This document shows positions 1 through 11,800 of a stretch of DNA of 64,000 bases, in pieces. The notes beneath the pieces are model-generated. The model did not search any database. It was not told the origin of the DNA and saw only the letters and a list, made by a program, of their open reading frames with translations. The translations under genes and the position numbers were made by a program. The stretch is from Fimicolochytrium jonesii (lineage: Eukaryota), in the NCBI RefSeq assembly GCF_025526975.1, contig NW_026515700.1, positions 124,001 through 188,000 of the forward strand, given 5' to 3'. The first letter of the stretch is position 1. Every line of letters starts with the position of its first letter.

Positions 1-327
1 GATTATGAACGGCTCGAGGTTTCCCGAGCTGCCTTCCAGAAAGTACTCGACTGTGCATAACCGCGGTCCCGAAGGAGTCGATATCACTGTCCCTTTTGAA
101 TTGTCTCCCACCGAGATACCCTTTTCCTCCAATTCTGCCCATCGAAAAAATGGTGCATAGAGATCTCAAGTGAGTTCAAAAGGTTCTCGAGGCTCCCTGA
201 GTTCCAGTCCTCCCACCATACCTTTAACGATACTCCGAATAGTCTTCTTCAACGCCTTGTACTGAAAGGCCGGCCACTCCGGCGGGAGGTCTCGGTAGGC
301 CTCGCTGTATTGTTTAGCAAACTTCAT
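1..327 (-). CDS. SPX-domain protein, N-terminal part (probably fungal SPX-RING type); runs off the window edge
   Basis: Manual translation from ATG at 327: MKFAKQYSEAYRDLPPEWPAFQYKALKKTIRSIVK, then a GT-AG intron, then ELEEKGIS...VEYFLEG. MKF..PEW..YK.LKK is the SPX signature. Not in the ORF track. Confidence 0.8.
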
Positions 328-414
328 AACCGGGCGTACACTGGGGGCTACCCCGCAAGCCGTCCGGGAGTGTATGTGGAGTGTTCAAACGTGAGGGTTT
401 TGGGTATGAGGTGC

Positions 415-993
415 CTATTGCTGCCGGGCGTGGGAATATCCACCGTTTCCTGCGTCGAAACTTGGAGGGGAGAACTGACGGAATGCCGCAGTTTCTTTTG
501 CCTTCTGTCGTATGGCGATTGCTGTCCGAGTTGCGGTTGTGCTCTGCGGCTCCGAGTTGCTTATATATGGATGCGAGACCTGGTTCCGTAGGTCGACTGT
601 GTTGCCTGTTGGGAGCTGTGAATTTGAAAGACCGCCTGTGGTTGTGCTGAAGTGACTTTTCATCCCTGTGGAGCCTGCGGTTTGGCGTCGGTGATTATTT
701 ACGCTGCGCTTGCTCACGCGACTCCCACGCACTCCGAACTGCCTCCGAACCCCCGCAAACTCGCTGTAACAACGGGCTCCAAGACTGTTTGCTTTCCACA
801 CATGGGAAGTTTCCAAGGCGACCAACTTGTACTGCAGTGCATCCATCGAATCAATGAAATGTGGAGCTGTCGAAGCGACGGGGCGCACCGCCGCGGCCAA
901 ATGTCTCGGACAGAGGGGTCCAATCTCGGCTTCTTTCCCGCATTGGGTTCCCTGACGCTTTCCGGTTTTGAACACGTACGCGCAGTTAGTCAT
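415..993 (-). pseudogene. NCLDV-like ORF with N-terminal C-x-C-x-C-H Zn-finger motif, probably degenerate downstream
   Basis: MTNCAYVFKTGKRQGTQCGKEAEIGPLCPRH resembles the C..F..G...G..C......C..H finger common in giant-virus proteins. Intronless and 76 bp downstream of the viral-type TBP ORF. The C-terminal half does not look protein-like. Confidence 0.45.
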
Positions 994-1068
994 AAGTTCT
1001 CAGATATCGTTCAGTGTATATTGAAAACACACAGGAAGGCTTTTTTTTTCGACAGCTGTCCATCCATC

Positions 1069-2039
1069 TCATCTGTAGGAAGATACCACCGCCTGTGTGG
1101 CCGCCTCGATCTCGGATCGATGTGCGGTGAAGAACTCCTGTAAGAACCGATATATCAAGTTCCCTTGTTCCATATTGGCCAGACCTGCGACATTCATTTT
1201 GCCACTGTTAAAGCACGATACGGATATGTCCTTGCAAGTGCATGCTTGTTTGTTCTGCACCGAGCATCTGCCCTGTTTCTCCGGATCGTCCCGGGTCGCC
1301 TCTTTGTAGTGATAGCGCAGGTTTACACCTGCGTTATCGTATGGCTCAAGGCGACTGTAAAAGCCGTTGTCGAGGAAGCAGCGATGCAATTTATCGCGAT
1401 TGATGCGGAACGGTGCTTGGAAGAACGTGTTGATCATGTGGACCTGAAAGGATGTCTCGGGAAGAGGCGCGGCGGGCCCCCACGTTGACGGCAGCGCACT
1501 AAAAGGATGTATTAGTACCCCTTATTCGACGAGGTACTTCCGTTGTCGTTCTCCATCAGCTATGAGCTTGCGTGTAGCCAGGACTGTTTTCGCCTTGACG
1601 AACGACTCTTTCCCAATGATAGTGTGGCCAAAGTATACATAGCCGAACTTCACGTCAAAATTTCGCCTGTTCGCGTCTCGATCAAAGCGCAATCGCAACA
1701 CCGCTCAAGGTATAAACCGACTTTTCGCCATCTTGCCATTTTTCGCTGACGAACAGGGGCGTTTTCTGCGCCCGACTAGAGTCTCCTGCGTCGCGTAGCT
1801 GATCGGCCAGGCCCGAGATCTGTCCCAAAGGCGTGAGGACGACGTATTCGCTGCCAATGTGAGCCACGTCTGGTGATGATCCGGCAGCCCAGCCGACGAT
1901 AGTTGGTGATGTACGTATGAGTTTGAGTTCGCGGGTGTTGTGCGTTTGGAGGCTGAAAAGACGAGGATGGTTGCTGAGATCGCACGCCGGCCGCCGCTAA
2001 TGCTAGTGCAAGCATATTTAAATCCAGCCGTACCTCCAC
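1069..2039 (-). pseudogene. Giant-virus (NCLDV) type TATA-binding-protein-like gene; C-terminal repeat intact (1069-1437), upstream part disrupted
   Basis: MINTFF..FRINRDKLH...GFYSRLEP...GVNLRYHY...GRC...CTCKDISVSCFNSGKMNVAG...EQ...YRFL matches the viral TBP pattern with its Cys-rich insertion, not the conserved fungal TBP. A possible N-terminal remnant LDLNMLALAL lies near 2030, with stops and frameshifts between. Confidence 0.7.
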
Positions 2040-2119
2040 GTCGTTTTCGTTGCCGCTGTCACGTCGTTTGTGGAAGTCATTCCGTGGCGTGCCCCAAATC
2101 CGTCCCCGGAAGTGCTAGT

Positions 2120-2568
2120 CGTAGAAATGGTGTTTGAAATATTGCTGATTTCATGCGCAGATTAAGGCGCACTACTACAGCGCATGGTGTCATGAGAGCT
2201 TTCGGTTGGTGGAGAATCGTGTCGGGGGCGCTTTCATGTGTGAGATCTTTGCCTACGTTTTTCGCATGTCAGTCGTATCCGAAGACATTACGTCGATGTG
2301 AAGCGAAGTTTCGGTAAGGCAGGTGTTTTAGATACAGTACAATCGTCGGAGTGTCGGGAACGCGAGTGCGTCATTTACTGGTGGAAAATTTTGACAGTAT
2401 TGACAGTGTCGTATGAAGGTTATGCGTATAAGATTTCGAGCGTAAATAGTCTGGTCGTGAGCTATTTTGTGTCAAATTGAATCTACCGTTCGTCGATAAT
2501 TCTAAGCGTAGAAATGGTGTTCGAAATATTGCTGATTTCATGCGAAGTTCTGGCGCACTACTACAGCG
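2120..2568 (+). repeat. Imperfect ~62-bp direct repeat pair (2120-2182 and 2507-2568)
   Basis: CGTAGAAATGGTGTT(T/C)GAAATATTGCTGATTTCATGCG...GGCGCACTACTACAGCG occurs twice. Confidence 0.9.
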
Positions 2569-3236
2569 TCGGCGAACAACCCAGTCCGTCTAGTATACCT
2601 AACAACCTCGTAGTTAGTGTATACGAACATAAGTTAAACAACCCGTGTGGAAGGTAGTCCACATCACCTCTTTATTGAGCCGTCAGGGAATCGCAAATGT
2701 GCTTTCAAACAACACCAACTTCGTAGAATTCTTCAACGAGAAATTTGCTGCTGTGTAAGGCACTAGAGAGGCAAAGCTATGTATAAAGGCTCGTAAAGTT
2801 CTGCACCCCGTCAGTCCAGAAAAAGCATGAAAATCCAGTAGAAGGTTTTCGCGCCCAAAACGCCGCATTCAATGCGGCCGGACATCCGTTAAAGCACGGT
2901 ACAGGCGTTGGGTGTGGGTCCACGCTTGATGAATGCCTGGGTACGAACCTCGCGGCAAACAATGCAACCTGACATCGGTAGTCCAATGATTGGCGACATG
3001 TCTGGAGCTCCGTCTTCTGTCCCGAATACTCGTGGAGCAACAATCCCGCAATATGACAAAAAAGGAAATCAAGCTAAATATTTCTTCTCATATAAACACG
3101 GTGCGCCAAACAGCAGTGCCAGTGGTTACGCTGGAATGGCGACTTCCATTCAGCTGCTCGTTGTGTCGTCGACTGCCCAACCTTCCGCCAAAAAATACAC
3201 TTCGGGCCAAAGAACGAGCTGGTGGGGTGAGCAAAG

Positions 3237-4771
3237 ATGGCAGATGCCAATGCCACACTACCTGATGCATCGGCCGACGGAGATCAAGCTGCTGCAAACT
3301 TTTCGGTTTACATGCCAACTATATTATCATATTTAGGGGTAAGTGTTTGGATCTTCAAGTGTGGTCTTCATCGGTGTATAGGAACATATGATTCTAACAA
3401 CAACCCAGTGCGGGCTTTCCATAGGACTTTGTGTCCTGGTCATCATTACATATCTGCTTATCCATCGGTTCGAACCTAAGGTTGCAAACCGAGTCTCACT
3501 GCGCATTGCTGTGTTCTGCTCGCTCTTGGACCTATTGGCGGCTGTTTGGTACTTAGTAGCCACTGCACCTTCCTTAACGGGACCCGATATTTCACTATGC
3601 GGATGGTCGATCTTTCTCTACAACATCTTCCAGCTTGCGTCTTTGCTGATGACCGCAGCAATATCCGTCAACCTACTTATCGTTTTTGTATTCAAGAAGC
3701 CCCACCGGAGCTACTACGAATACATTTATTATGGGGCGACTTTTGTGATCTCCATCGGCTTCCCGACGGCTTGTATGGCCAGGGGCTATTATGGCTACAC
3801 TATTAGTGGAGAGTGCTGCTGGTACACGGTTGACGACGATACCTACACGGAGGAGGGCGCTCGCATATGGGAATGGGTCACCCTCTATGGATGGGTCGTA
3901 GCGATCTCGGGCTTCTGCTTCCTGACGCTGGTCCTGTTCTACATAAGCGTTAGCCGCCCCTTCAAAAGCGATACCAGTACACTGGAGAATCCGAGTCTTG
4001 CCACAAATGGGAAGCACAACAACTTCGGCGAAACGCAACTGGCAATTCGTCGTGTCGTCAGCCGCCTCAAATGGTACTCGGTTGTTCCGTTCGTGTCGCA
4101 GATGTTTTCTATCCTCTCGGACCTGGCCCCGCTCAAGGGCGATGCCATGTCGGTCGTTTATTGTATCGCGAATTTCACAGCTGGAGCGCAGGTGAGTCGC
4201 TGATACGGATTTCTTCGTCCTTTTACGCTCATGTTGCTCACTGGCAGGTTTTGTATAGGGCGCCATCATGGCAGTGATTTTCTTCACGCTGGACCCAGCC
4301 GTTGCATTTGTGCGTGAGAAATTTCGAGGTTACATGGTCTCAAAATATTACCTGAGACAATGCACAGGCGACCACATCGTAGCTACCTCAACAACACCAT
4401 TTGCTCAATCAGCCGCGATTTATTCACCGGCCGCCGACTCCGGTCCGGATTCATCGAGCTTATCGCATGCAACTTCGGGGGCTTCAGGCACACCGTTCAC
4501 CGGTGTACCGCCCCCCCGCTGGACGCCAAATTGGATAGCCTACCGCCTAACCGAGACCTGCCTTCTTCGCCCTGATGACGCGGCAAAGTACCTTGAACGA
4601 AAGCGGGAGAAGGCGAGAAAGCCTCTCGGGAGTGGGCAGCGGACAAGGTTCGCAAGACAAAGGACAGCCAATGTTGTTTCGTCGGTCACTGGAACTAACG
4701 CAGAAGCGGAGCGCCTCATGGATGGCGACGTTGCATTTATGGGCAGCATGGACGCTCTAGCATCTCTGTAA
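3237..4771 (+). CDS. 7-TM G-protein-coupled receptor (cAMP-receptor/Git3-like); exons 3237-3338, 3409-4191, 4259-4771
   Basis: Seven hydrophobic segments; NRVSLR, LC, CWY and QG..A.IF..DPA motifs; canonical GT/AG sites keep the frame. Confidence 0.8.
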
Positions 4772-5974
4772 ACGTTGTTTGTTTTTTTGTAGTACAATTT
4801 ATACCCAGACATCATAATTTAACAGTAAAGGATCCCACCGGCCTCCAGGTTTTGGTGAACGGCGATTCGACGGCTGCGAACAACAACGGTGCCAACGCGT
4901 TCAACTTTAGGACGTCGGAGCGGACTCGTTGTCACCATAGCACCTTGAGGGTGACACGACTGAAGCCGTAAGGCACCAGACCGGGGCGTTGGTGGCATCG
5001 GGGCCGCGGGAAACATCAACAGCGGGACTGGCAATCTCACATTGGGCGGCAATCTCATTTTGAACTCCGATCCCACCACCGGATGAAGGTGGAAGTACCG
5101 TTGAATGTTGCGGTGAAGTTGAATACAAACGCGGGCGACTTGCAAGGTAGAGTGCAGAGTACTTTGAATATTCGTTGCCGAGTTGAGGAGCGTAGTCCCG
5201 GAGACGACAAGATCACCTGCGCCGCAAGCAGCGACATCGTATCCGGGAAGTACGGAAAAGTTTCCATGTTTGCATTAAAGTCCTACCCCTTTGTGCGAGT
5301 ACCCCTTTTCCGCAAGCGCGTCTCACGGATATCAACCCCCTTCAACATTTCCACGTACGAGTGCAACGGTCATGGCGTCGTGGTATGGTTTCATTCCCGA
5401 CGCTCTGCTCATCGCACGATCGAATCTGGGCCCCCGTCACCGAGTTCCTATACTCGGTGATCTTTCCCGGATTCTTTTTGCTTTTGGATCGCATGGGTGG
5501 TGCGGATCGATAGAGGTGTCCGGAACCATCAGGAGTGCGAATGATTTTTCTGCGCAATTTATATGAACCAGTAGGCGTTCTCCGCATGAAAAGAATGTAC
5601 AGTAGCTTCTCGAGCACATGTCTTTGCATAATTCTCCCTCCCAACGGCGGTTGAAGTTTGGGTTGAAGTGAGGCGGGACAGATTGTGACCACGCGTAAAG
5701 CACGAAACCGGACCTCAGACCTCAGACCTCAGACTGAAGAACACGGCCAAGGCGGTTTGATGTGGGTCTTCGCCATGTGTCACTCACATTTCCCACCTTC
5801 TTCCCGTGCCCAACGACAACGCACACAACCGACATCTTGCATTCCAACACAACTGCAGCCGCAAGCATCAAGTTCATACAAACAATCAGGGAGCATCGAA
5901 ACGCTTCACCCAGGCAGAGCGTCGACGCTAATACCCGGACGGAATTGCGAAGTCTGTGGCTCTGAGAGTAAAGG

Positions 5975-7261
5975 ATGAGCGCTACTCCTGGTGAGTTTTC
6001 GCTGAGCTTCTCCTGGAAGAACACATGAGATTTGCGTTCTCACAGGCCCTATTCCTGACCCGCACGGGTGTGAGACGGCACGGTTTTTGACTGTGAAAGC
6101 GCCTTTCTGACCATTTTTAACTCTTGTAGAATCCAGGAAGTCCCCAGAAACGACAAGACCGGCGAGCATCACGGCTGACCGCAATGACGCGCCGAGTCGA
6201 TTGTCAGGTGTGGTAGAGAGGCGGAAACGGCCAGAGAGTCAACAACGACTGTCTCAATATGAAGGTAAGGCCTGCGGACTGTTGTTTGGACTGTCATAGA
6301 AGTGGTTATATGCTCACAGTCGTTTTGTTCCGTAGCAATTGCGGGAGTCAAAGTGCGGGACTATGCATATCTACCAACCGACCCCCGCCACTACGGCATA
6401 GCTACCGAAGGCTCCATTTCCAGCGGCCGCAGCGATGATAGCGACTTCTTCAACCGGTCCGACGAAGAAGACGGCGCCTACGCCTCCGCGGAACGTCTCT
6501 TCGAATCCGACGAAGACGACAATAACAAAACATCCTCAAAAGCAGCGCGAACGAGCCACCCGGCGCATCACCACCTCCCCAAAGTTCGGACAGAAGACGT
6601 GCTGAATGTCGTGCTCCCGCTGCTCGCGGGACAGCTAAGGAAATACATGGGGGATATTGATTTAAGATTCTCGCGCGCGAGGGCACTGTTTCAGTTCCAG
6701 AAGGCGACGGAGTGGGAGATGTCGATAGAAGAGAGTGAGGAGGTTTATTTGGCGCATGTTGAGCCTTATAAACCGGTGGAAACTGTGAAAGAGGCGGAGG
6801 GATCGCGCGAGAACAAAAGTGAGCGCGATGAAGAGCCACAAGCGGAGGATCAAGGGGAAGAGGAGGATGGAAACCTTGCGCGAACATCCTGCACGAGCGA
6901 ACGATGGGCGAGCATCGACAACGTAGCGGACCATCTGCTGGGGATGGTCCACGGCGTGGCGAAACCCGACTCAAAGGCACCCGCGGAACCAGTAACCCTC
7001 CAAAGCGACCCCCCAATATCGGAATTCGCAATGCAGCTGAACCAACTCCTCGACTACGCTGGCGTCTACGGAACGGGTTGGGAAACTGCGTTGCGTGTGA
7101 AGTGCCGGGGGAATATACCGGCAGCTGCCGAGTCAGCGAAATCGGAAGAGAGTGACAGTACGAAACAGGCGGCGCAACAGAAAGGGAAGGGGAAGCTGAA
7201 GATCAGATTGGTGGATATGGGGCTGGTTCCGGGCAACTACATAGAGCGGGTTGATGTCTGA
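5975..7261 (+). CDS. Nbp2-like adaptor with a split SH3 domain (small 5' exons, main exon from ~6336)
   Basis: KVRDYAY..DPRHYG (Nbp2 N-terminal motif); SH3 pieces RARALFQF...EMSI, YGTGW and GLVPGNYI. The 5' exons are inferred from GT/AG sites. Confidence 0.6.
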
Positions 7262-7427
7262 CCCAAAAATGGATAAATGCCATGTTTTTACATTTAGTTG
7301 AATCAAAGGATTGAATTTACAATCGAAGGAGGCAGAGGGAATCCCACAAACACAAAACTATTATGTGGAAGTCGGTTTCCGGGAATATCCGGCTCGGGGG
7401 CGTGAAGGACTGGCTTTAAGCAAAGAC

Positions 7428-8456
7428 CTAGATCCTCTGCGCCTGATCCAGCTCGGCAATGAAATCGGCCATCGGCGCAATCTCCTTCTTGTCAATCAGA
7501 TCAAACTCCCTCGCAAAGCTTATGAAGTGCGCAAAGAGGGTATTCAGGTGCCCCTCGGCTGAGACGTGCAGTATCTTGTCGTAGTGGTGGTGGTATATGT
7601 GCGCGAATATCCGGAACAGTTGTTTGAAGATTGTTCGCACGGCGTTTTGGAACTCGCGGGGGAACTCGTAGCCTGGGACATCCCTCGCTGTTAGCCATAT
7701 GATCCTGCACGGGGCGGCGGAAGAGCATGCAGCTCTTCTAGAAGCCCAACCCACCCGACTTTGTTGGAAACACGTTCTCGTCGTTCAGGACGTTTTGGAT
7801 CCACGTCATCACGTAGTCCACGTACTGTGGTGCTGGTATTTTTATCGTCCGTTTCTGGCCGTCCGTCCATGTATACTCACAACTGATTGAAGCAGAAGTG
7901 CTGGTCAGTGACTTGGAGCATCGCAAGTTGACTACATTTGGAGGCCACTTACTTTTGCCCCGCGCACATCACTGGACAGTCTTTTGGTGTGCAGAACTCT
8001 GCGATCGCCCCATAAAATAAATTGGTGTAGTTGAAGAAATCGAAGCCTGGATAGGGACGTGCCCAAGATGTCAGGGAGCGGTTCCCACCGAAGTGTCCCC
8101 TCCACCCAAAAGCCCATGCGATACGGCAAACGTACTATTCACTGCTAGCCTGTATATGGACGATATCGTACGTCAGTGCCCGTATCGAAACGTTCGGGGC
8201 GTGGGAAAATGTGGTCCTACCATTCGTTCACGTCCACGTAACGCGGTAATGCAACCACTTTCCGCAAGCTCCCGTTCACCAATGTTGCCTCCACGAAAGG
8301 ATGGTTCAGCCATAATGGCTTCTGTATCCCGTCTTTCTTTCCTTTGCTCTTTCCGAATTTGCTAAGGGGACGTCAGAATTGCGGTAAGTCCGACAGTCTC
8401 CTGAGACCTTGCGGGACTTGAAGACCGAAAGCCACGTACCTCCCAAAAAAGTTCAT
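7428..8456 (-). CDS. MOB2: Mob kinase activator, Mob2 (Cbk1/NDR activator) type, multi-exon
   Basis: [59 protein letters not shown] and [18 protein letters not shown]. Confidence 0.9.
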
Positions 8457-8808
8457 ATTGCGACTCGGTAAACGGCTTGAGGGGCCTTGAAACTATGGCG
8501 GTGCACTATGTAGATCTTGCGAGTTTGCAACAAGTTGGAAGCTAGCTGCCTTGTCGTTCGGGGATGCTCAGCGCCGATACGGTCGATACGGTTTCACAGC
8601 GGACTGGGGCCTTTGGAAGTTCGCCGTCAACGCTTGAAGCGGCCAACGCGCCACTTGCCTGTGACGTGGACAGACGGCCAACAGGCAAACGAGGCTTTCG
8701 GGGTTTGCAAATAACATAACTCGACGATCAACTAAAACACTCCACTAAACTGGACGAGGCAGGTTGCCCTGCTTCTAAGACATGCTTTTCTAACCGTTCC
8801 GTCCAGCC

Positions 8809-11800
8809 ATGGCGTCGGCACCTCCTGCAGATTCTCTGCCCCAAATTGCTTTGGAGGAGGTTGAGTCTCCCGTGCTTCGGTTAGTGATCTCCAGCACAGA
8901 ATTACTCATTGTACCCACGATATTACAGGTGGAAGCTTTAAGAGCAATTTACATGGAAGATTTTGATGAGGCCCTTGTGCAAGTAACAACAGGTTCGACT
9001 CTTGCCACTTTCGGTGTAATGAAAGTTGTACAGCATTCTCATTCACCTCGTCTTGTGCCACCAGCCTGGAAAGTAGCCCCTATCCGCGAGTTTATAATAC
9101 AGCTCGCTCCTCACGATGAAGAGCTTAAAGAGCATTGCAGGGTCGTTTTGGCCATACGGTATGCTCCCTTCTGTTCCTTGCTCGTGTTAGGGGAAGCGCG
9201 TCCAGAGCCTAACCTCCTTTCGGCGAGCAGCTTTACCAAGCGATATCCAGAAACCGCCCCAGTGAGTTCCAAATGCATTCAGGAGGGATGTAGAAGTAGT
9301 AGTCTGACATAGGTTTCCTGAGGCTAGAACCTTATACTACGAAAAGTGAAAGGGATATCGGATTCCCAAATGCAAGAGTTGCAAGCGAAGGTCGAACTGT
9401 TTGCCCAGCAGCTACTGGGGCGCGAGATGGTACTTGAGCGGCAATGGAAATTAAACATCACAATCGATTTCTCACCTCCTCTTTTTCAGATCTTCGACAT
9501 CGCAAGCTACATTCAGGACGAGCTCTGCCGCCACAACGCGGTGGCACGTGGAGTCAAACAAGTCTCTTTCTTCCAGCAAATGCAGGACAGAAGGGAGCAG
9601 GATACCAAGGAGCAAAATGAGCGTGCGATGAGGGAGCTCGAACTCAATCGTCAAGTGGAAGAAGAGGCTCTGAAAGAGCAGAATCAAGCCTTGGCTTCAC
9701 AGATTGAGGAGGAGATTCAAAAGAAGCAGGAGAAAGTGAAACAAGAGAGGGATAAGAGGAAACGGATGCAGCAGGAAGAAAAAAGCAAGTTGTATGGGAC
9801 CAACGGAAACACCGAGCAGACGGCTCCTAGCACACCTGTCACTCCTGTTTCGCCTGTCTCCCAGCTGTCTTTGGACTTTGTCGCGAAAGGACCGCTCTTG
9901 CAGAAAGGAATTCTCAGTTCACTGCATATCGTACGAGTTGCCGGGCAGGGGGACAATGAGTCGGCGATGCTGAAAGAGATTATCATATCGAACCCACACT
10001 ATCGTACCGGTGACGGCAAGAAGAAACTGATGGACGCCTGCGGAGAGATTCAGAAGCTTACTGCAATACGGCATCCCAACCTTGTCACAATCTTCGATTC
10101 GCGCGTTCAGAAAGTGGATGATGCGTGGCAGGTGCAGATTTTGCTAGAGCATTGCCGTGGCGGATCACTCCAGGCACTCATCAAAAGGAGCGGTGGGTTG
10201 AAAGTCGGGGTCGCACAGCATTACATGAAGGAGCTCTTGAAAGGGATCGCGTATTTGCATTCCCAGAACCACATTCATAAGGACGTCAAATCGCGAAATG
10301 TACTTTTCGGGGGGACGGACGGCAATGAGGAGATCAAGCTGAATGATGCTTCCTACGCGCGAAAGCTCCTGGATCTGCACAAAAGCAGACCACTGAATCC
10401 GCTGCTTCCGGAGGAAGCGAGCTTGCCCAAGATATGGACGCCGCCGGAACTCTTGACTCGACACAGTGTGTATGGAAGAAAATCCGATATCTGGATGCTG
10501 GGGACATGCTTCCTCGAGATGATTTACGGATACGAAATCTTCGAAACGGCGCGCCCAGATGACGTCGATTTGAGAGTGCAAGAGACCTCGCGCGGGCTTG
10601 CTGAACTCGTGTCTGTTATGTTAGCACCGGACCCGAAGGATCGGCCAAACGCAATGGAGATCCTCAACCACGCGTTCTTTTCCAACACACATTCCGAAAT
10701 GCCGATTGCATTCGAGATCATGAAAAGCTCTTCTGCAGTGAGCAGCCCCATGAATTCCCACCGCAGAACGTTACCTCCCGTAACGCCGTCGAAACAGTCA
10801 CCCAATGCCAATTATGTAGGACCGAGCATCTTTGACTCGATGACTCTGTCGCGATATCGGTTGGATTTCGAAGAAATCGAGTTCCTCGGCAAAGGTGGCT
10901 TTGGGGAAGTCGTGAAAGCTCGAAACCGGATCGACGGTCGTTTCTACGCCATCAAAAAGATTAAGCTGGACGCGAACGATAGAGATGGCAGTAAACGGAT
11001 TCTGCGAGAGGTGCAGACCCTATCGCGCCTGCACCACCAATTTGTCGTTCGATACTACCAAGCGTGGTTTGAGGACGGGACAGGAGAAACCTGGCACGAT
11101 GACTCCGACGACGAGGATTCGGAGGACAGCGAGGACAGCGAGTCCTCCGATGTGTCGCACGACAGCGATTTCGACCAGCCGATCTTCGAGGATGATTGGT
11201 TGAGCTTCAGCAAAACGAAGAAGAGCTACCCTAGCATATCCATCTCCTTCGGCCACGGAAGCCAGCGCAATGGCAATGATACCTTAGAGACGTTTTCGAC
11301 AGATGGCGCCAGCCCGACGCCGACGGATGAGGGAGGCAGGCGCAAGGCCCGATCAAATAGGGTGCTGTACATCCAGATGGAATACTGCGAAAAGAAAACC
11401 TTGCGCGACGTCATTGATGAAGGAATAGACGACGAAGAGGGATGGAGATTGTTTAGGCAGATCCTTGAAGGGCTGGCGCATATCCATTCTCAGGGGATGA
11501 TTCACAGGGATCTAAAGCCTAGCAACGTCTTCTTGGATGCTAGCGGGAACGTGAAGATCGGCGATTTCGGTCTGGCGTTGTCTAGGGAGGATGAGGGAGG
11601 TCTGCCAAAAGTCGTTTTGAATGGCATGGATGGATCGACGGGCAGTCTTGATCCTGAGGGCTCGTTTACGGGCGAAGTGGGGACTCCGGTGTACGTGGCG
11701 CCGGAGATCGTTTCGGGGCATGGGAAGTACAACTCAAAGGTGGATCTGTACTCCCTCGGGATCTGTTTCTTCGAGATGTGTTACCCGTTCACGACAGGGA

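Noticed and set aside
2120..2568. Direct repeats (also 21365-21420) as a CRISPR array
   Set aside because: Only two copies, no regular spacers, no cas genes, eukaryotic context.
2600..3230. ORFs upstream of the GPCR as an extracellular domain or TE relic (FHAFSG motif)
   Set aside because: Stops interrupt the frames, the GPCR has its own ATG exon at 3237, and the motif match is too short.
4819..5703. Overlapping short ORFs on both strands, possibly a decayed gene
   Set aside because: No recognisable motif and multiple stops, so no family can be supported.
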